Part shown: positions 39,120-51,420 of the stretch, one piece after another | How positions within the stretch are numbered: position 1 is the stretch's first letter | Layout: every line of letters begins with the position of its first letter | DNA from: Myxococcota bacterium | GTDB lineage: Bacteria > Myxococcota_A > UBA9042 > PHBI01 > JAWLBL01 | Assembly: GCA_041687695.1 (NCBI GenBank) | Contig: JAWLBL010000011.1 | Span: forward strand, 165,726 to 229,725 | Direction of reading: 5' to 3' | Length of the DNA: 64,000 bases | Notes under the pieces: model-generated | The model's input: only the letters and a program-made list of their open reading frames with translations | The model's database searches: none | What the model was told of the DNA's origin: nothing | Position numbers and translations under genes: made by a program

Positions 39120-41087
39120 TCAGTAATAGAAGAGCGCGAGGAGCTGCGCGTCGGCGGCCTCGCCGCGCAGGCGCGCCTCGAGGCTGAGGCCCAGGTGCTC
39201 GGTGACCAGCCAGCGCAGCGTCGCGTCGACCGCGACCGGGTCGGGGCCGGCCTGCCAGGGCGACAGCAGCCAATCGGCCGTCACCAGCGCGACGAGCGGG
39301 TCGGACAGGCGCACACGCAGGCCGCCCCACGGCCCGGCGCTGAGGCGGACCGGGCCGTCCCAGGCGCCCGGGACCGTAGGCCCGCCCAGCACGCGCGTGT
39401 CGGCGCCGGCGAAGACCACGACGCGGTCGTCCAGCCAGCCCAGGGCGGCTCCGGCGGCCATGCGCAGCTGCCCCGCGAGGGCGCCGGGGCGGCCCAGGTC
39501 CTCGAGCGTGGTCACGCCGGCGTCCAGGCGCCAGCTGACCTTGTGCTCGATGCGGCGCAGGGGCGCCAGGGTGGTGACGCGGACCACGCTGGAGGCCAGG
39601 GCGAGGTCGTCCCAGGACGGCGCCGGGTCGTGGGTCAGGCGCAGGCGGGTCGGGAAGAACTCGAGGCTGGCCAGCTCGGGGTAGCCGCGGGGCGCGTCGG
39701 CGAGGTCGTGCATCGCCGGGCGCCAGTCCAGGGTCTGCACGACGCCGCCGGCGCGCGTGAGGCCCATGCCGAAGCCGAAGCGGGCCGAGCCGTGGGCGAG
39801 GTGCGGGCCCGACAGCGCGGTGGCCGACAGATCCAGCGCGGGGCTGGTGACGCCCAGGGCGGCGCGGCGGGCGAGCAGCGCGTGCTTCTTGTCGGCGCCG
39901 ACGCCCTCGCCGCGCAGCAGCTCGTCGGCGTGGCGCAGGTCGATGAGGTCGGCGGCGGCGTCCATGGCGGCGACCAGCTCGGCCTGGGGGAGGGCGGGCG
40001 AGGCGGCGCGCGGGTCGTCGGCCAGGGCGTGGGCCGCGTCGAGCTGGGCGTCGGTGAGCTGGGCGACGCGGCGGACCAGCTGCGTGCGCAGCGAGGCGCG
40101 GTAGCGGACGGCGCGCACCAGGCCGGGATGCTCCATCAGGCGCTTGACCGTGTCGGCCGGGATGACGTGGACGCCGAAGCCGTCGGTCAGCGGCAGGTGG
40201 GGCAGGGCGGCCTCGAGGGCGGCGAGGATGTGGTACGAGCAGTTCTCGTCCAGGTAGTAGTAGTCGAAGTGGGTCTGGCCCAGCTCCCAGAGGTGGGCGA
40301 GCAGCTGGCGGAGCTGGGCCGGGCTCAGGGCCAGCTCGTAGTCCCACAGGTCGCGCGACTCGTGGTCGTTGTACTCGCGGACCTTGTAGTAGTACGGGAC
40401 GCGCTTGAAGGTGCCGGGGAACTGGCCGGTCAGCCCCTTGAAGGCGTAGAGCGCGGCGTTGGTGGTGTCGACGTCGGCCGAGAAGTCGATGCCGAAGTCC
40501 AGCAGCTCGCGGCGCTCGCCGGCGAGGCGGGCGTCGTCGCGGTGCAGGCGCAGGAAGGTGTGGCCGAAGGCCGAGGCGGGCGCGCCCAGGTAGTAGCTGG
40601 AGAAGACCAGGCTGACGCCGCGCGGCGACAGGTCGGCGGCGAAGCGCTCGAGGCCCGGGCAGCGGACGGCGGGCAGGCGGGCCGGGTCGATGGCCAGCTC
40701 GGTGGACAGCCAGGCCAGCCGCGCCGGGAAGCGGCACAGGGCGTGGGGGCTGGGCGGCGGACGGACCGCGTCGGGGGGAGGGGGCGGGAGCGCGGGCGCC
40801 GGGGCGAAGAAGGCGCGCAGCGTGGCGGCCAGCTCGGCGCCGGGGTCGGTCTTTCCGGTGGGCGCCAGGAAGAAGGCGGCGCCGTCGGCTTCGCTCTCGT
40901 AGCCGCCGAAGGTCGTCGGCCGCCAGTGGCCCAGGGTCAGCCACTGCCGTGAGTGGGCGAGGCCCCGCTGGTGGGCGGCGGCGACGAGCGCCTGGACCTG
41001 TGGCGGGTCCGCGGGGAGCGCCACCGGGCGCGGCGCCGAAGCGCACGCGCCCAGGGTGGCGATCAAGACGACGAGGGCTTGGCGCAA
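39120..41087 (-). CDS. DUF4105 (Lnb N-terminal-like) domain protein with C-terminal barrel
   Basis: CRFPAR, P.SAFGHTFL, ESRDLWDYEL, FDYYYLDENCSY. Confidence 0.85.
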   Translation of the reverse strand: MRQALVVLIATLGACASAPRPVALPADPPQVQALVAAAHQRGLAHSRQWLTLGHWRPTTFGGYESEADGAAFFLAPTGKTDPGAELAATLRAFFAPAPALPPPPPDAVRPPPSPHALCRFPARLAWLSTELAIDPARLPAVRCPGLERFAADLSPRGVSLVFSSYYLGAPASAFGHTFLRLHRDDARLAGERRELLDFGIDFSADVDTTNAALYAFKGLTGQFPGTFKRVPYYYKVREYNDHESRDLWDYELALSPAQLRQLLAHLWELGQTHFDYYYLDENCSYHILAALEAALPHLPLTDGFGVHVIPADTVKRLMEHPGLVRAVRYRASLRTQLVRRVAQLTDAQLDAAHALADDPRAASPALPQAELVAAMDAAADLIDLRHADELLRGEGVGADKKHALLARRAALGVTSPALDLSATALSGPHLAHGSARFGFGMGLTRAGGVVQTLDWRPAMHDLADAPRGYPELASLEFFPTRLRLTHDPAPSWDDLALASSVVRVTTLAPLRRIEHKVSWRLDAGVTTLEDLGRPGALAGQLRMAAGAALGWLDDRVVVFAGADTRVLGGPTVPGAWDGPVRLSAGPWGGLRVRLSDPLVALVTADWLLSPWQAGPDPVAVDATLRWLVTEHLGLSLEARLRGEAADAQLLALFYY

Positions 41088-41088
41088 C

Positions 41089-41580
41089 TCAGATGAGGTT
41101 GTCGCAGGCGAGGGTCGCGTCCTGGCCGAGCAGGTCGACGATCCGGTCGCTGACCTCGACGTCGCTGGTCTGCGCGGTCGGGAAGATGGTCGCGTAGTTG
41201 GCCTGCAGGCGCTGGCCGACGGCCGCCGGGTCGCTGCAGCCGGCGAGGCTCGACAGGTTGGCCAGGGTCTCGCCGTCGCCCTTGGCGATGTCCTTGGCCA
41301 GCGCCTGGCGGTTGGTCTGGATGAAGTTGCGGGCGCCGACCTGGCTCACGACGTTGCTGCCGCAGTTCGAGGTCCCGAAGGTGATGCCGAAGGTCTGGCT
41401 GAACAGGAAGCCGTTGGTGGTGGCCGCCAGGACCTGGACGATGCCCGGCGTCGAGCCGAAGATCATGGAGCCCAGGCCGCAGCCGGCGTCGCCGTAGGAC
41501 CCGCGCTGGGCGGAGGCGGGTGCGGCGGTGAGGGTGACGAGCGCGAGGGCGAGGGCGGCGGTGGCGGCGATCTTCCGCAT
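41089..41580 (-). CDS. DUF3015 family secreted protein
   Basis: GDAGCGLGS, ATTNG....QTFGIT.GTSNC, DIAKGDGETL. Confidence 0.88.
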   Translation of the reverse strand: MRKIAATAALALALVTLTAAPASAQRGSYGDAGCGLGSMIFGSTPGIVQVLAATTNGFLFSQTFGITFGTSNCGSNVVSQVGARNFIQTNRQALAKDIAKGDGETLANLSSLAGCSDPAAVGQRLQANYATIFPTAQTSDVEVSDRIVDLLGQDATLACDNLI

Positions 41581-41742
41581 CGGGAGGCTCCTGGGTCTTC
41601 GTGGTAGGTGAGGGGGACGTCGCCTTGTTTACGGGCTTGCTGCGCTGCAAGGCAAGCGGGAGGGCGCGGCAGAGCGTCCGGTTCCAAGCCGCCTTCAGGC
41701 GCGGCTTGGTCGCGGGGCGGCCGGCGTGCTTCAATGCGGCCC

Positions 41743-42318
41743 ATGAAGACCTCTCTGTCTCGCAGGCCCTTCGCGCTCACGATCTCCGGCTGGGTCGGCG
41801 CGCTCGCCATCACCGCGGGCTGCGCCACCGGCGCCCCCACGCCGGCGCGGGCCGCCGAGAGAGCGCCCGTGGCCGCCGCGTCCGTCGCTCCGGCCGTGGT
41901 GGTCGCGCCGGCCGAGGAGGCGCCCGCCCCGCAGGCCTCGGAGCTGATCCTGCCCGCCCGCTGCCGCAAGGCCCCGCGTCCGGTCGAGCGCGCGCCCGAG
42001 GGTTTCCCCAGCGAGGTCAAGCTGCCGCCCAAGGTCCCCGGCGCGTGGCTGACGCGCCGCGAGACGCAGCGGCACGCCGACGGCCGGGTCGAGCCGGTCG
42101 CCGCCATCTACGAGCTGCGCGCGCAGCAGATCGACACCAAGAAGGTGCGGCGCCACTTCGAGCGCACCCTGCGGCGCTGGACCGGCGGCTTCAGCGACAC
42201 GGCCGAGGGGCCGGTCGGGCGCTTCCAGCGCGGCGACGTCTCGGTCGAGGTGCGGCTCGACGGCGCGGGCGGCCTGCGCCTGGTCGTCCGGGCGCTGCCG
42301 GTCTGCGCGGCCCGCTGA
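41743..42318 (+). CDS. Hypothetical lipoprotein
   Basis: Lipobox TAGC; GC3-biased frame. Confidence 0.55.
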   Translation: MKTSLSRRPFALTISGWVGALAITAGCATGAPTPARAAERAPVAAASVAPAVVVAPAEEAPAPQASELILPARCRKAPRPVERAPEGFPSEVKLPPKVPGAWLTRRETQRHADGRVEPVAAIYELRAQQIDTKKVRRHFERTLRRWTGGFSDTAEGPVGRFQRGDVSVEVRLDGAGGLRLVVRALPVCAAR

Positions 42319-42360
42319 CCGGCGCCGGCCGAGGCCGCCGCAGCGGCCCCGACGCGGCGA

Positions 42361-43140
42361 TCAGAAGTTCTCGCTCTTGACCTTGGCGCCGACGTACTCG
42401 CGGTACAGGCGCTGGATCCACTTGACCGAGATCTCCTTGGGGCAGGCGGCCTCGCACTCGAGCGTGTTGGTGCAGGCGCCGAAGCCCTCGAGGTCCATCT
42501 GCGCCACCATGCGCGCGGCGCGGCGGCGGCGCTCGGGCTGGCCCTGGGGCAGCAGCGAGTAGTGGCCCACGCGCGCGCCGACGAACAGCATGGCCGCCGC
42601 GTTCTTGCAGGAGGCCACGCAGGCGCCGCAGCCGATGCAGGCGGCGGCGTCGAAGGCCTCGGCGGCCACGTCGCGCCCGATGGGCATCGCGTTGCCGTCG
42701 GGCGCGCTGCCGACGTTGGTCGAGTTGTAGCCGCCGGCGGCCTGGATGCGGTCGAAGGCGCTGCGGTCGACCACGAGGTCGCGGATGACCGGGAAGGCCT
42801 TGGCGCGCCACGGCTCGAGTGTCAGCGCGTCGCCCGACTTGAAGCGCCGCATGTGCAGCTGGCACACGGTCGTGCCGCGGTCGGGCCCGTGGGCCTGCCC
42901 GTCGATCATGAAGCCGCACGAGCCGCAGATGCCCTCGCGGCAGTCGTGGTCGAAGGCGATGGGGTCGCGCCCCTCGCGGACGAGGTTCTCGTTCAAGGTG
43001 TCGAGCATCTCGAGGAACGAGATGTCGCTCGGCACCTGGCGGACCTCGTAGGTCTCGAATTGCCCAGGCTGGTTCGGGCCCGGCTGACGCCAGACGCGGA
43101 GCGTGAGATCGATGAGGGTCGACGTCTCGGAGGCTGCCAT
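42361..43140 (-). CDS. sdhB: Succinate dehydrogenase/fumarate reductase Fe-S subunit
   Basis: [34 protein letters not shown]. Confidence 0.96.
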   Translation of the reverse strand: MAASETSTLIDLTLRVWRQPGPNQPGQFETYEVRQVPSDISFLEMLDTLNENLVREGRDPIAFDHDCREGICGSCGFMIDGQAHGPDRGTTVCQLHMRRFKSGDALTLEPWRAKAFPVIRDLVVDRSAFDRIQAAGGYNSTNVGSAPDGNAMPIGRDVAAEAFDAAACIGCGACVASCKNAAAMLFVGARVGHYSLLPQGQPERRRRAARMVAQMDLEGFGACTNTLECEAACPKEISVKWIQRLYREYVGAKVKSENF

Positions 43141-43150
43141 CCCTAGGTCC

Positions 43151-45064
<1,914 letters not shown>

Positions 45065-45076
45065 CGCCGGTGCTCC

Positions 45077-45736
45077 TCAGGAGGCCATGGATTTGATGAG
45101 CGCCCAGATCGGGAAGGACGCGAAGCCCAACCCGAGGATGGCGGCCAGGACGAAGCCGCCCTGGCGGATGATCGGCGTGTACTTCTTGTGGGCGACGCCG
45201 AACGAGCGGAAGGCGCTGGAGATGCCGTGGAAGATGTGCCAGCCGATGAGCAGGCTGCCCACGAAGTACAGCGCCGCGTGGAAGGGCTGGGCGAGCAGGG
45301 TGCTGGTCTTGTCGGCCAGGTCCCCGCCGGCCGGCAGGCGCTGGAAGCGGTAGTCGTAGATGTGGACGATGATGAACAGCAGGGCCACGAGGCCGCTCAA
45401 CATCATCATCTTCGAGGCCGCCGTGCGCCAACGGTCGTCGCGCTTGCTGCCGCTGACGGCGTAGCGCTGGCCACGGGCCTCGCTGTTGCCCTTGATCAGC
45501 CACGACACGAAGATGACGTGGACCAGGAACGCCACGAGCAGCAGCACCTCGAGCACGGGCAGCAGCGCCAGCTCGTGCAGCTCCGACGCGTACTGGTTGT
45601 ACGTGACCGGATCGAAGTAGATGAGCAGGTTCCCGAGCAGGTGGAGGACCAGGTACAGCACCAGGCCGAGGCCGGTGACCGCGACGACCACCTTCTTGCC
45701 AATCGTGGAGGTCAGGACTTCACGCAACCAGCTCAA
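45077..45736 (-). CDS. sdhC: Succinate dehydrogenase cytochrome b subunit
   Basis: STIGKK...AVTG, HLLGNL, five TMs with His ligands; TTG start preceded by AAGGAG. Confidence 0.92.
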   Translation of the reverse strand: MSWLREVLTSTIGKKVVVAVTGLGLVLYLVLHLLGNLLIYFDPVTYNQYASELHELALLPVLEVLLLVAFLVHVIFVSWLIKGNSEARGQRYAVSGSKRDDRWRTAASKMMMLSGLVALLFIIVHIYDYRFQRLPAGGDLADKTSTLLAQPFHAALYFVGSLLIGWHIFHGISSAFRSFGVAHKKYTPIIRQGGFVLAAILGLGFASFPIWALIKSMAS

Positions 45737-45985
45737 CGTCCGTCTCCTTGCCGCCGTCGCGCGACGCCCGGGCCGCGCAGGCGGTCCAGCCACCGACGGG
45801 CGCTCACGCCCGCGGAGTCAGCCGGCCGCTCTGGCCGGCGCGATGCGTCGCCTGCGCCCGCTCAGCTAATGCAGAACGGCGCGGAAAACAAGCCTTTCAT
45901 CCCCGGAAACACGCGATAACCAACGCGACTGCGCGCGCGTCGCCGAGGCCCCTTCGCTGCGCCGCGACACGACCCGGCGCCGCCA

Positions 45986-46011
45986 GGAACAACCCGGCCG
46001 ACGCCCAGGTT
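45986..46011 (+). promoter_or_regulatory. Putative ECF promoter GGAAC-N18-GTT (also a GAACAACC/GGTTGTTC inverted repeat)
   Basis: About 60 bp upstream of the 46071 start. Confidence 0.45.
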
Positions 46012-46070
46012 GTTCACGGTGGCCGCGCCCTCCGCCCCGCGCGCCCGAGCCGCCTCCCGAGGAGGACCCC

Positions 46071-46715
46071 GTGACCGGCCGCCTCTTCCTCGCCCTGCTG
46101 GCCACCCTCATCGCCGCCCTCGCCCTGTCGGGCGTCTTCGACGACGACCCCGGGCACGTGCGACAGGTGCTCACCCAGGCCGAGCCCACGACCCACCTGC
46201 ACGTCCGGATGCAGGGCCGCGTCGAGCCCGACGACCTGCCCGCCTTCGTCGCCGAGCACGGCCTCGAGGACGCCTTCTGCCAGGCCGCGCGCACCGCCGC
46301 CACCGCCCCCAGCCCCAACGCCCTGCTGGTCCAGCTGCAGTATTGGTTCCGCGCCCTCGAGCCCCGCGACGCCGCCGACTGCCTGGGCCGCGCCATCCTC
46401 ACCTACACCCGCGACACGGGCTTCATCCCCTCGGGCTACGACGCGCCCCACGCCGTGGCCGTCTGCCGCAACCTGACCGCCTGGAAGGAGCTCGACCGCG
46501 CGCTGCCCGCCGACACCCTGGCGAAGCTGCTCGGCTCCCTGCCCACCTACACCGACTGCGAGGGCCCCCTCGGCGCGCTGCTCGAGGGCTCCCCCCGCGC
46601 CCGCCACCTCGCCGCCCGCGCCATCCAGGCCCACCCCCGCCTCGCCCCCGAGCTGAACGTCCCCCCCGACGCGCTCCTGCCCCCGCCCGGCGACCCCGTC
46701 GGCGACGCCCGCTGA
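46071..46715 (+). CDS. Hypothetical membrane-anchored protein
   Basis: GAGGAGG RBS, N-terminal TM helix, GC3-biased frame. Confidence 0.65.
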   Translation: MTGRLFLALLATLIAALALSGVFDDDPGHVRQVLTQAEPTTHLHVRMQGRVEPDDLPAFVAEHGLEDAFCQAARTAATAPSPNALLVQLQYWFRALEPRDAADCLGRAILTYTRDTGFIPSGYDAPHAVAVCRNLTAWKELDRALPADTLAKLLGSLPTYTDCEGPLGALLEGSPRARHLAARAIQAHPRLAPELNVPPDALLPPPGDPVGDAR

Positions 46716-47072
46716 TCCCGCTCGCCGCTCGCGCCGGCGCCGCCCTGGGAAATCGCTGCCTTACGCGCTGACGGCGCCAGACCCGTGACGGCGGTCCCCC
46801 GCTCGCCTACGGTGACCCACGGCTCACCAAAGCACGCGAGCTCGCACGAGCGGTCCCCCTCCGGCCCGTCGCCAACCCCTGGCGTCGCGCCTCCGAGCGG
46901 ACCCGTCGGCGGATGCGTCATCCGAAGCCCGGGCGCCTGCTGAAGGCCGCGCCGTTCGCTTCACCCGCGTGACCCCCCGCCGACGGACCCCTCGCGAGCT
47001 CCTCGGGTCCCGACCGCCGCACGGCGTCGGGGCGGCGCACCAGTTCGCCCGGAGCGGGCGGGGGAGGGTTCC

Positions 47073-50000
47073 ATGGTTGGCACCAAGATGCTGGGCCGTC
47101 TGGCCCTGGCGAGCGCCGTGGCGTTCGCGGGTTGCAGCGACACCGCGACCGGCGACGTCCGGGGCGACGAGGTGGACGCGGGCGAGCTCGAGCTGCCGCC
47201 CGAGGGCGCGCCGCCGGCGGACGCGGTGGACGAGGCCGCGCCGGACGTGGCGGACACCAGCGGCGAGGAGTTCGACGTCGCGGACCCGGCGCCCGGCGAG
47301 ATCGGCTGGCCTTGCAGCGACAACGGCGACTGCTTCTCGGGTTACTGCGTCCCGGCCGCGGTCGGTCAGGTCTGCTCCAAGCAGTGCGTGGACCGCTGCC
47401 CCGCCGGGTGGAGCTGCCGCGGCGTCATCAGCGGCGCGGACATCGCCTTCATCTGCATCCCGGCGAGCGGGCGCCTGTGCGAGCCGTGCACCTCGGACCA
47501 CCAGTGCAACGGCGGCCTGTGCCTGACCTTCGCCGACGGGCGGTCCTGCTCGACGCCCTGCGCGGACGGCGAGTGTCCGTCGGGCTACCGGTGCGAGGAG
47601 GTCGGCAGCGAAGAGGACGCCGAGGCTCCGGCCCGGGCGCAGTGCGTCCCCATCTCCGACACCTGCGACTGCCTGCCGGAGCAGGACGGCCAGACGCGCG
47701 GGTGCATGGTGGCCAACGCACACGGCGTCTGCTCGGGCAGCCAGACCTGCCAGCCCTTCGACCAGCCCGGCTGGTCGGCCTGCACGGCGCCCACGCCCTC
47801 CGAGGAGGTCTGCGACGGCCTCGACAACGACTGCGACGGCCTGGTCGACGTCGGCCTGGCGCCCGAGTTCTGCGACGTGCAGGCGGGCGTCTGCGCCGGG
47901 TCCACGCGCCTGTGCGGCGGCGCCGAGGGCTGGCTCGACTGCACGGCCGCGCAGTTCGGCCCGCACTACGAGGCCGTCGAGACCTCGTGCGACTACCTCG
48001 ACAACGACTGCAACGGCGTCGTGGACGACGGCTTCCGCGTCGACGGCAAGTACGTCGGCCAGCAGCACTGCGGGGCCTGCGGCGTCAGCTGCGACGGCGC
48101 GATCCCCAACGCGACCGCCGTCTGCGACGGGACGCTCGAGCAGCCGACCTGCGTCGTCGGCGCCTGTGACCCCGGCTTCGTCGCCATCGGGCCGCTGCAG
48201 TGCGTCCCGGCCACCCTGGGGGCCTGCACGCCGTGCCTGGACGACGCGGGCTGCGTGCTGCCGGGCGCCGCCTGCGTGCCGCTGGCCGACGGGTCGTTCT
48301 GCGTCAACCCGTGCCAGTCCGACTCCGAGTGCCAGCCCGGATACGGCTGCCAGGCGGTCGCCGAGGCGGGCGACGCGACCTACTGCGTCCCCGACACGCA
48401 GGCCTGCAAGTGCGACGGGACCAACCTCGCGCTGCAGAAGGCCTGCGAGCTGCCCGACGCGAGCGACGAGTACACCTGCTTCGGCAGCCAGCAGTGCACG
48501 CCGACCGGCTGGAGCGCCTGCGAGCTGCCCGGCGAGACCTGCAACTACGCCGACGACGACTGCGACGGGCTGATCGACGAGGGCTTCGTCGACGCGTTCG
48601 GCGCCTACGTCTCGGACCACCACTGCGGGGCCTGCGGCAAGGACTGCACGCTGCTGACCTTCAGCGGGACCGAGGGGGCCTGCAACGCGAACGTCGACCC
48701 GCCGATCTGCAGCGTCAAGTGCACCAGCAACTGCTTCGACCTCAACGCCAACCCGAACGACGGCTGCGAGTGCTGCGACCCCGGGCCCATCGACTTCCCG
48801 GACCCGCTGGCCGTCGACGCCAACTGCGACGGCATCGACGGCGAGAAGGACAACGCGATCTTCGTCTCCAAGGAGGGCGACGACGCCAACCCCGGCACCT
48901 GGAAGCAACCCAAGCTCACCATCCAGGCCGGCATCGACGCGGCGGTGGCCCTGGGCAAGCGCGACGTCCTGGTGGCCAGCGGCGTCTACGGCGAGGCCGT
49001 CACCCTGCGCAAGGGCGTCGGCGTCTACGGCGGCTACTCGAGCAGCTTCGTCGAACGCGACCCCCTGCTGTTCGAGGTGGCCATCATGGCCCCCGCGCCG
49101 ACCCAGGCGAAGCCGGGCGCCGTCAACGCCCTCGACATCACCGGCGGCGCCCCCGGCTCGACCATGCTGGACGGCTTCACCGTCTTCGGGTCCAGCGTCT
49201 ACGCCACCGGCGGGTCGTCCTACGGCGTCTACCTGCGCGGCTGCGACGCCACCGTCCGCGTCAGCCACAACCGCGTCCACGCCGGCAGCGGCGGCAAGGG
49301 CGCCCGCGGCCAGGACGGCCAGGACGGCCACGACGGCACCTCGGGCACCCAGGGCTTCGACGCGCTGGACCTGTACTTCGACTATGGGGTCAGCGACCAC
49401 GGGTGCAAGGCCACCCACCACTCGCCGGCCGGCGCCGGCGGCCAGAACACCTGCGGCGCGCTGCCGACCCACGGCGGCGGCGGCGGCGACCGCGTCTGCC
49501 CCAGCTGGGACGCCGCCAACGACCGGCCCAAGGCCCCGGTCGCCAGCGAGCACGGCGCGGCCGGCGCCAACGGCGGCGCGGCCGGCGGCCTGCCGGGCGC
49601 GGACGTCTTCCACCAGGCCTACCAGTGCCTGGGCTACGCCACCTACGGCATCTCCGAGGGCACCAACGGCGCGGACGGCCCGAGCGGCGGACACGGCGCC
49701 TCGGGGCCCGGCTGCGGCGACGCGGACGGCGCGGTGGTCGCCGGCCTCTGGGCGCCGGGTCTGGCGGGCGCCGGCACCCCGGGCACCCACGGCGGCGGCG
49801 GCGGCGGCGGCGGCTCGGGCGGCGGCGCCTACGTCCACACCTCGTGCTTCTCGAAGGGCTTCGGCGGCGACAACCTGGGCGGCACCGGCGGCGGCGGCGG
49901 CTCGGGCGCCTGCGGCGGTACCGCGGGCAGCCCCGGGACCGGCGGCGGCGGCGCCTTCGCGGTGTTCGCGACCTGGAGCAGCGCGCCCGCCTCCGTGCCG

Positions 50001-50393
50001 ATCGTGAGCGACAACGCCCTGTACGGCGGCCACGGCGGCGACGGCGGCGACGGCGGCAACGGCGGCACCGGCGGCGCGGGCGGCGCGGGCGCGTTCGGCG
50101 GCGAGGGGGGCGGCGTCTTCGACCCGGTCGACCCGACCTACCCGGCCTTCAAGGGCGGCAAGGGCGGCAAGGGCGGCAACGGCGGCCACGCCGGCGGCGG
50201 CGGCGGCGGCTGCGGCGGGCCCAGCTTCGGCATCTACGCCGCGGGCCAGGGCGGCCTGTCGCTGAGCGCCTGGAAGGCCGGCAACAGCTTCGAATCCCTG
50301 GGCAAGGGCGGCGATCCGGGCCTGGGAGGCTTCTCGCTGGGCAACCCGGGCGGCGCTGGCCAGCCGGGGCCCGCGGCCGCCACCAACTTCTGA
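47073..50393 (+). CDS. Cys-rich surface lipoprotein with MopE-like repeats, DUF1565-like beta-helix and Gly-rich tail
   Basis: Lipobox FAGC; E.CDGLDNDCDG repeats; FVSKEGDDANPGT...P..TIQAGI; PGRS-like C-terminus. Confidence 0.8.
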   Translation: MVGTKMLGRLALASAVAFAGCSDTATGDVRGDEVDAGELELPPEGAPPADAVDEAAPDVADTSGEEFDVADPAPGEIGWPCSDNGDCFSGYCVPAAVGQVCSKQCVDRCPAGWSCRGVISGADIAFICIPASGRLCEPCTSDHQCNGGLCLTFADGRSCSTPCADGECPSGYRCEEVGSEEDAEAPARAQCVPISDTCDCLPEQDGQTRGCMVANAHGVCSGSQTCQPFDQPGWSACTAPTPSEEVCDGLDNDCDGLVDVGLAPEFCDVQAGVCAGSTRLCGGAEGWLDCTAAQFGPHYEAVETSCDYLDNDCNGVVDDGFRVDGKYVGQQHCGACGVSCDGAIPNATAVCDGTLEQPTCVVGACDPGFVAIGPLQCVPATLGACTPCLDDAGCVLPGAACVPLADGSFCVNPCQSDSECQPGYGCQAVAEAGDATYCVPDTQACKCDGTNLALQKACELPDASDEYTCFGSQQCTPTGWSACELPGETCNYADDDCDGLIDEGFVDAFGAYVSDHHCGACGKDCTLLTFSGTEGACNANVDPPICSVKCTSNCFDLNANPNDGCECCDPGPIDFPDPLAVDANCDGIDGEKDNAIFVSKEGDDANPGTWKQPKLTIQAGIDAAVALGKRDVLVASGVYGEAVTLRKGVGVYGGYSSSFVERDPLLFEVAIMAPAPTQAKPGAVNALDITGGAPGSTMLDGFTVFGSSVYATGGSSYGVYLRGCDATVRVSHNRVHAGSGGKGARGQDGQDGHDGTSGTQGFDALDLYFDYGVSDHGCKATHHSPAGAGGQNTCGALPTHGGGGGDRVCPSWDAANDRPKAPVASEHGAAGANGGAAGGLPGADVFHQAYQCLGYATYGISEGTNGADGPSGGHGASGPGCGDADGAVVAGLWAPGLAGAGTPGTHGGGGGGGGSGGGAYVHTSCFSKGFGGDNLGGTGGGGGSGACGGTAGSPGTGGGGAFAVFATWSSAPASVPIVSDNALYGGHGGDGGDGGNGGTGGAGGAGAFGGEGGGVFDPVDPTYPAFKGGKGGKGGNGGHAGGGGGGCGGPSFGIYAAGQGGLSLSAWKAGNSFESLGKGGDPGLGGFSLGNPGGAGQPGPAAATNF

Positions 50394-50425
50394 CGACGGG
50401 CCGTCGACGCGGCCTCCCCGACGAG

Positions 50426-50459
50426 GCCGGCCGTGGGCATCCGACGCCCCACGGCCGGC
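50426..50459 (+). terminator. Hairpin downstream of the Cys-rich protein gene
   Basis: 12-bp stem GCCGGCCGTGGG/CCCACGGCCGGC. Confidence 0.5.
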
Positions 50460-50517
50460 TTCGCCGTTATCGGGTCCGCCGAGCGGGCGGAAGGGCGACC
50501 GAAGGTAGGCTGGTGAC

Positions 50518-51420
50518 ATGAAGCCTTCGCAAGCCGAGACGTGGCCCGCGCTGCCCTACGAGGCCTGGGCCGAGACCAAGGCGACGCTGCACCGCTACTG
50601 CCAGATCCTGGGCAAGGTGCGGTTGGCGCTGACCCCGCCGCGCAACCACTGGTGGCACGTCACGCTGCAGGTCGGCGCGCGCGGGCTGACCACCGGGCCG
50701 ATGCCGTGCGGCGGCGGCCGCTTCGCCGAGCTGGCGCTGGATCTGATCGACCAGCAGCTCGTCCTGCAGACCAGCGACGGCGGCGACGAGCGCTTCGCGC
50801 TGGCCGACGGGCTGAGCTGCGCGGACTTCTACCAGCGCCTGTTCGCGGCGCTCGACCGGCTGGGCGTCGCCGCGCGGATCTGGACGCGGCCCTTCGACCT
50901 GCCGGGCCCGCGGCTCGACCGCGACCGCCAGCACGACCGCTGGGACGCCCAGGCCGTGGCCCGCTACTTCGAGGTGCTGCGGCGCAGCACCGAGGCGCTG
51001 TGGACGCTGGCCGGCGACTTCGTCGGCAAGCAGAGCCCGGCGCACCTGTTCTGGCACAGCCTCGATCTGGCCATGGCGCGCTTTTCGGGCCGGCGGGCGC
51101 CCGAGCGGCACGGCGCCGACCCGGTGACCCGCGAGGCCTACTCGCACGAGGTCATCGCCTTCGGCTTCTGGCCGGGCGACGCCAAGGTCCCCTTCCCGGC
51201 CTACTACGCCTACGCGGCGCCGGCCCGGCCGGGGCTGACCGAGCGGACGCTGTGGCCCGAGGCGGCCTGGTGGGACCACGACGCGGGGACCGCCTACCTG
51301 AAGTACGACGACGTGCGCGCCAGCCGCGACCCCCAGGAGACGCTGCTGGCCTTCTGGCGCGGCGCCTACCTGGCCGGGGCGGAAACTTCGGGATGGGATC
51401 TGTCCGCGCTCAGGAGATGA
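50518..51420 (+). CDS. DUF5996 family protein
   Basis: WPALPY..W..T..TLH, NHWWHV, FWHSLDLA..RFSGRRAP, REAYSHE..GFWPG. Confidence 0.85.
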   Translation: MKPSQAETWPALPYEAWAETKATLHRYCQILGKVRLALTPPRNHWWHVTLQVGARGLTTGPMPCGGGRFAELALDLIDQQLVLQTSDGGDERFALADGLSCADFYQRLFAALDRLGVAARIWTRPFDLPGPRLDRDRQHDRWDAQAVARYFEVLRRSTEALWTLAGDFVGKQSPAHLFWHSLDLAMARFSGRRAPERHGADPVTREAYSHEVIAFGFWPGDAKVPFPAYYAYAAPARPGLTERTLWPEAAWWDHDAGTAYLKYDDVRASRDPQETLLAFWRGAYLAGAETSGWDLSALRR

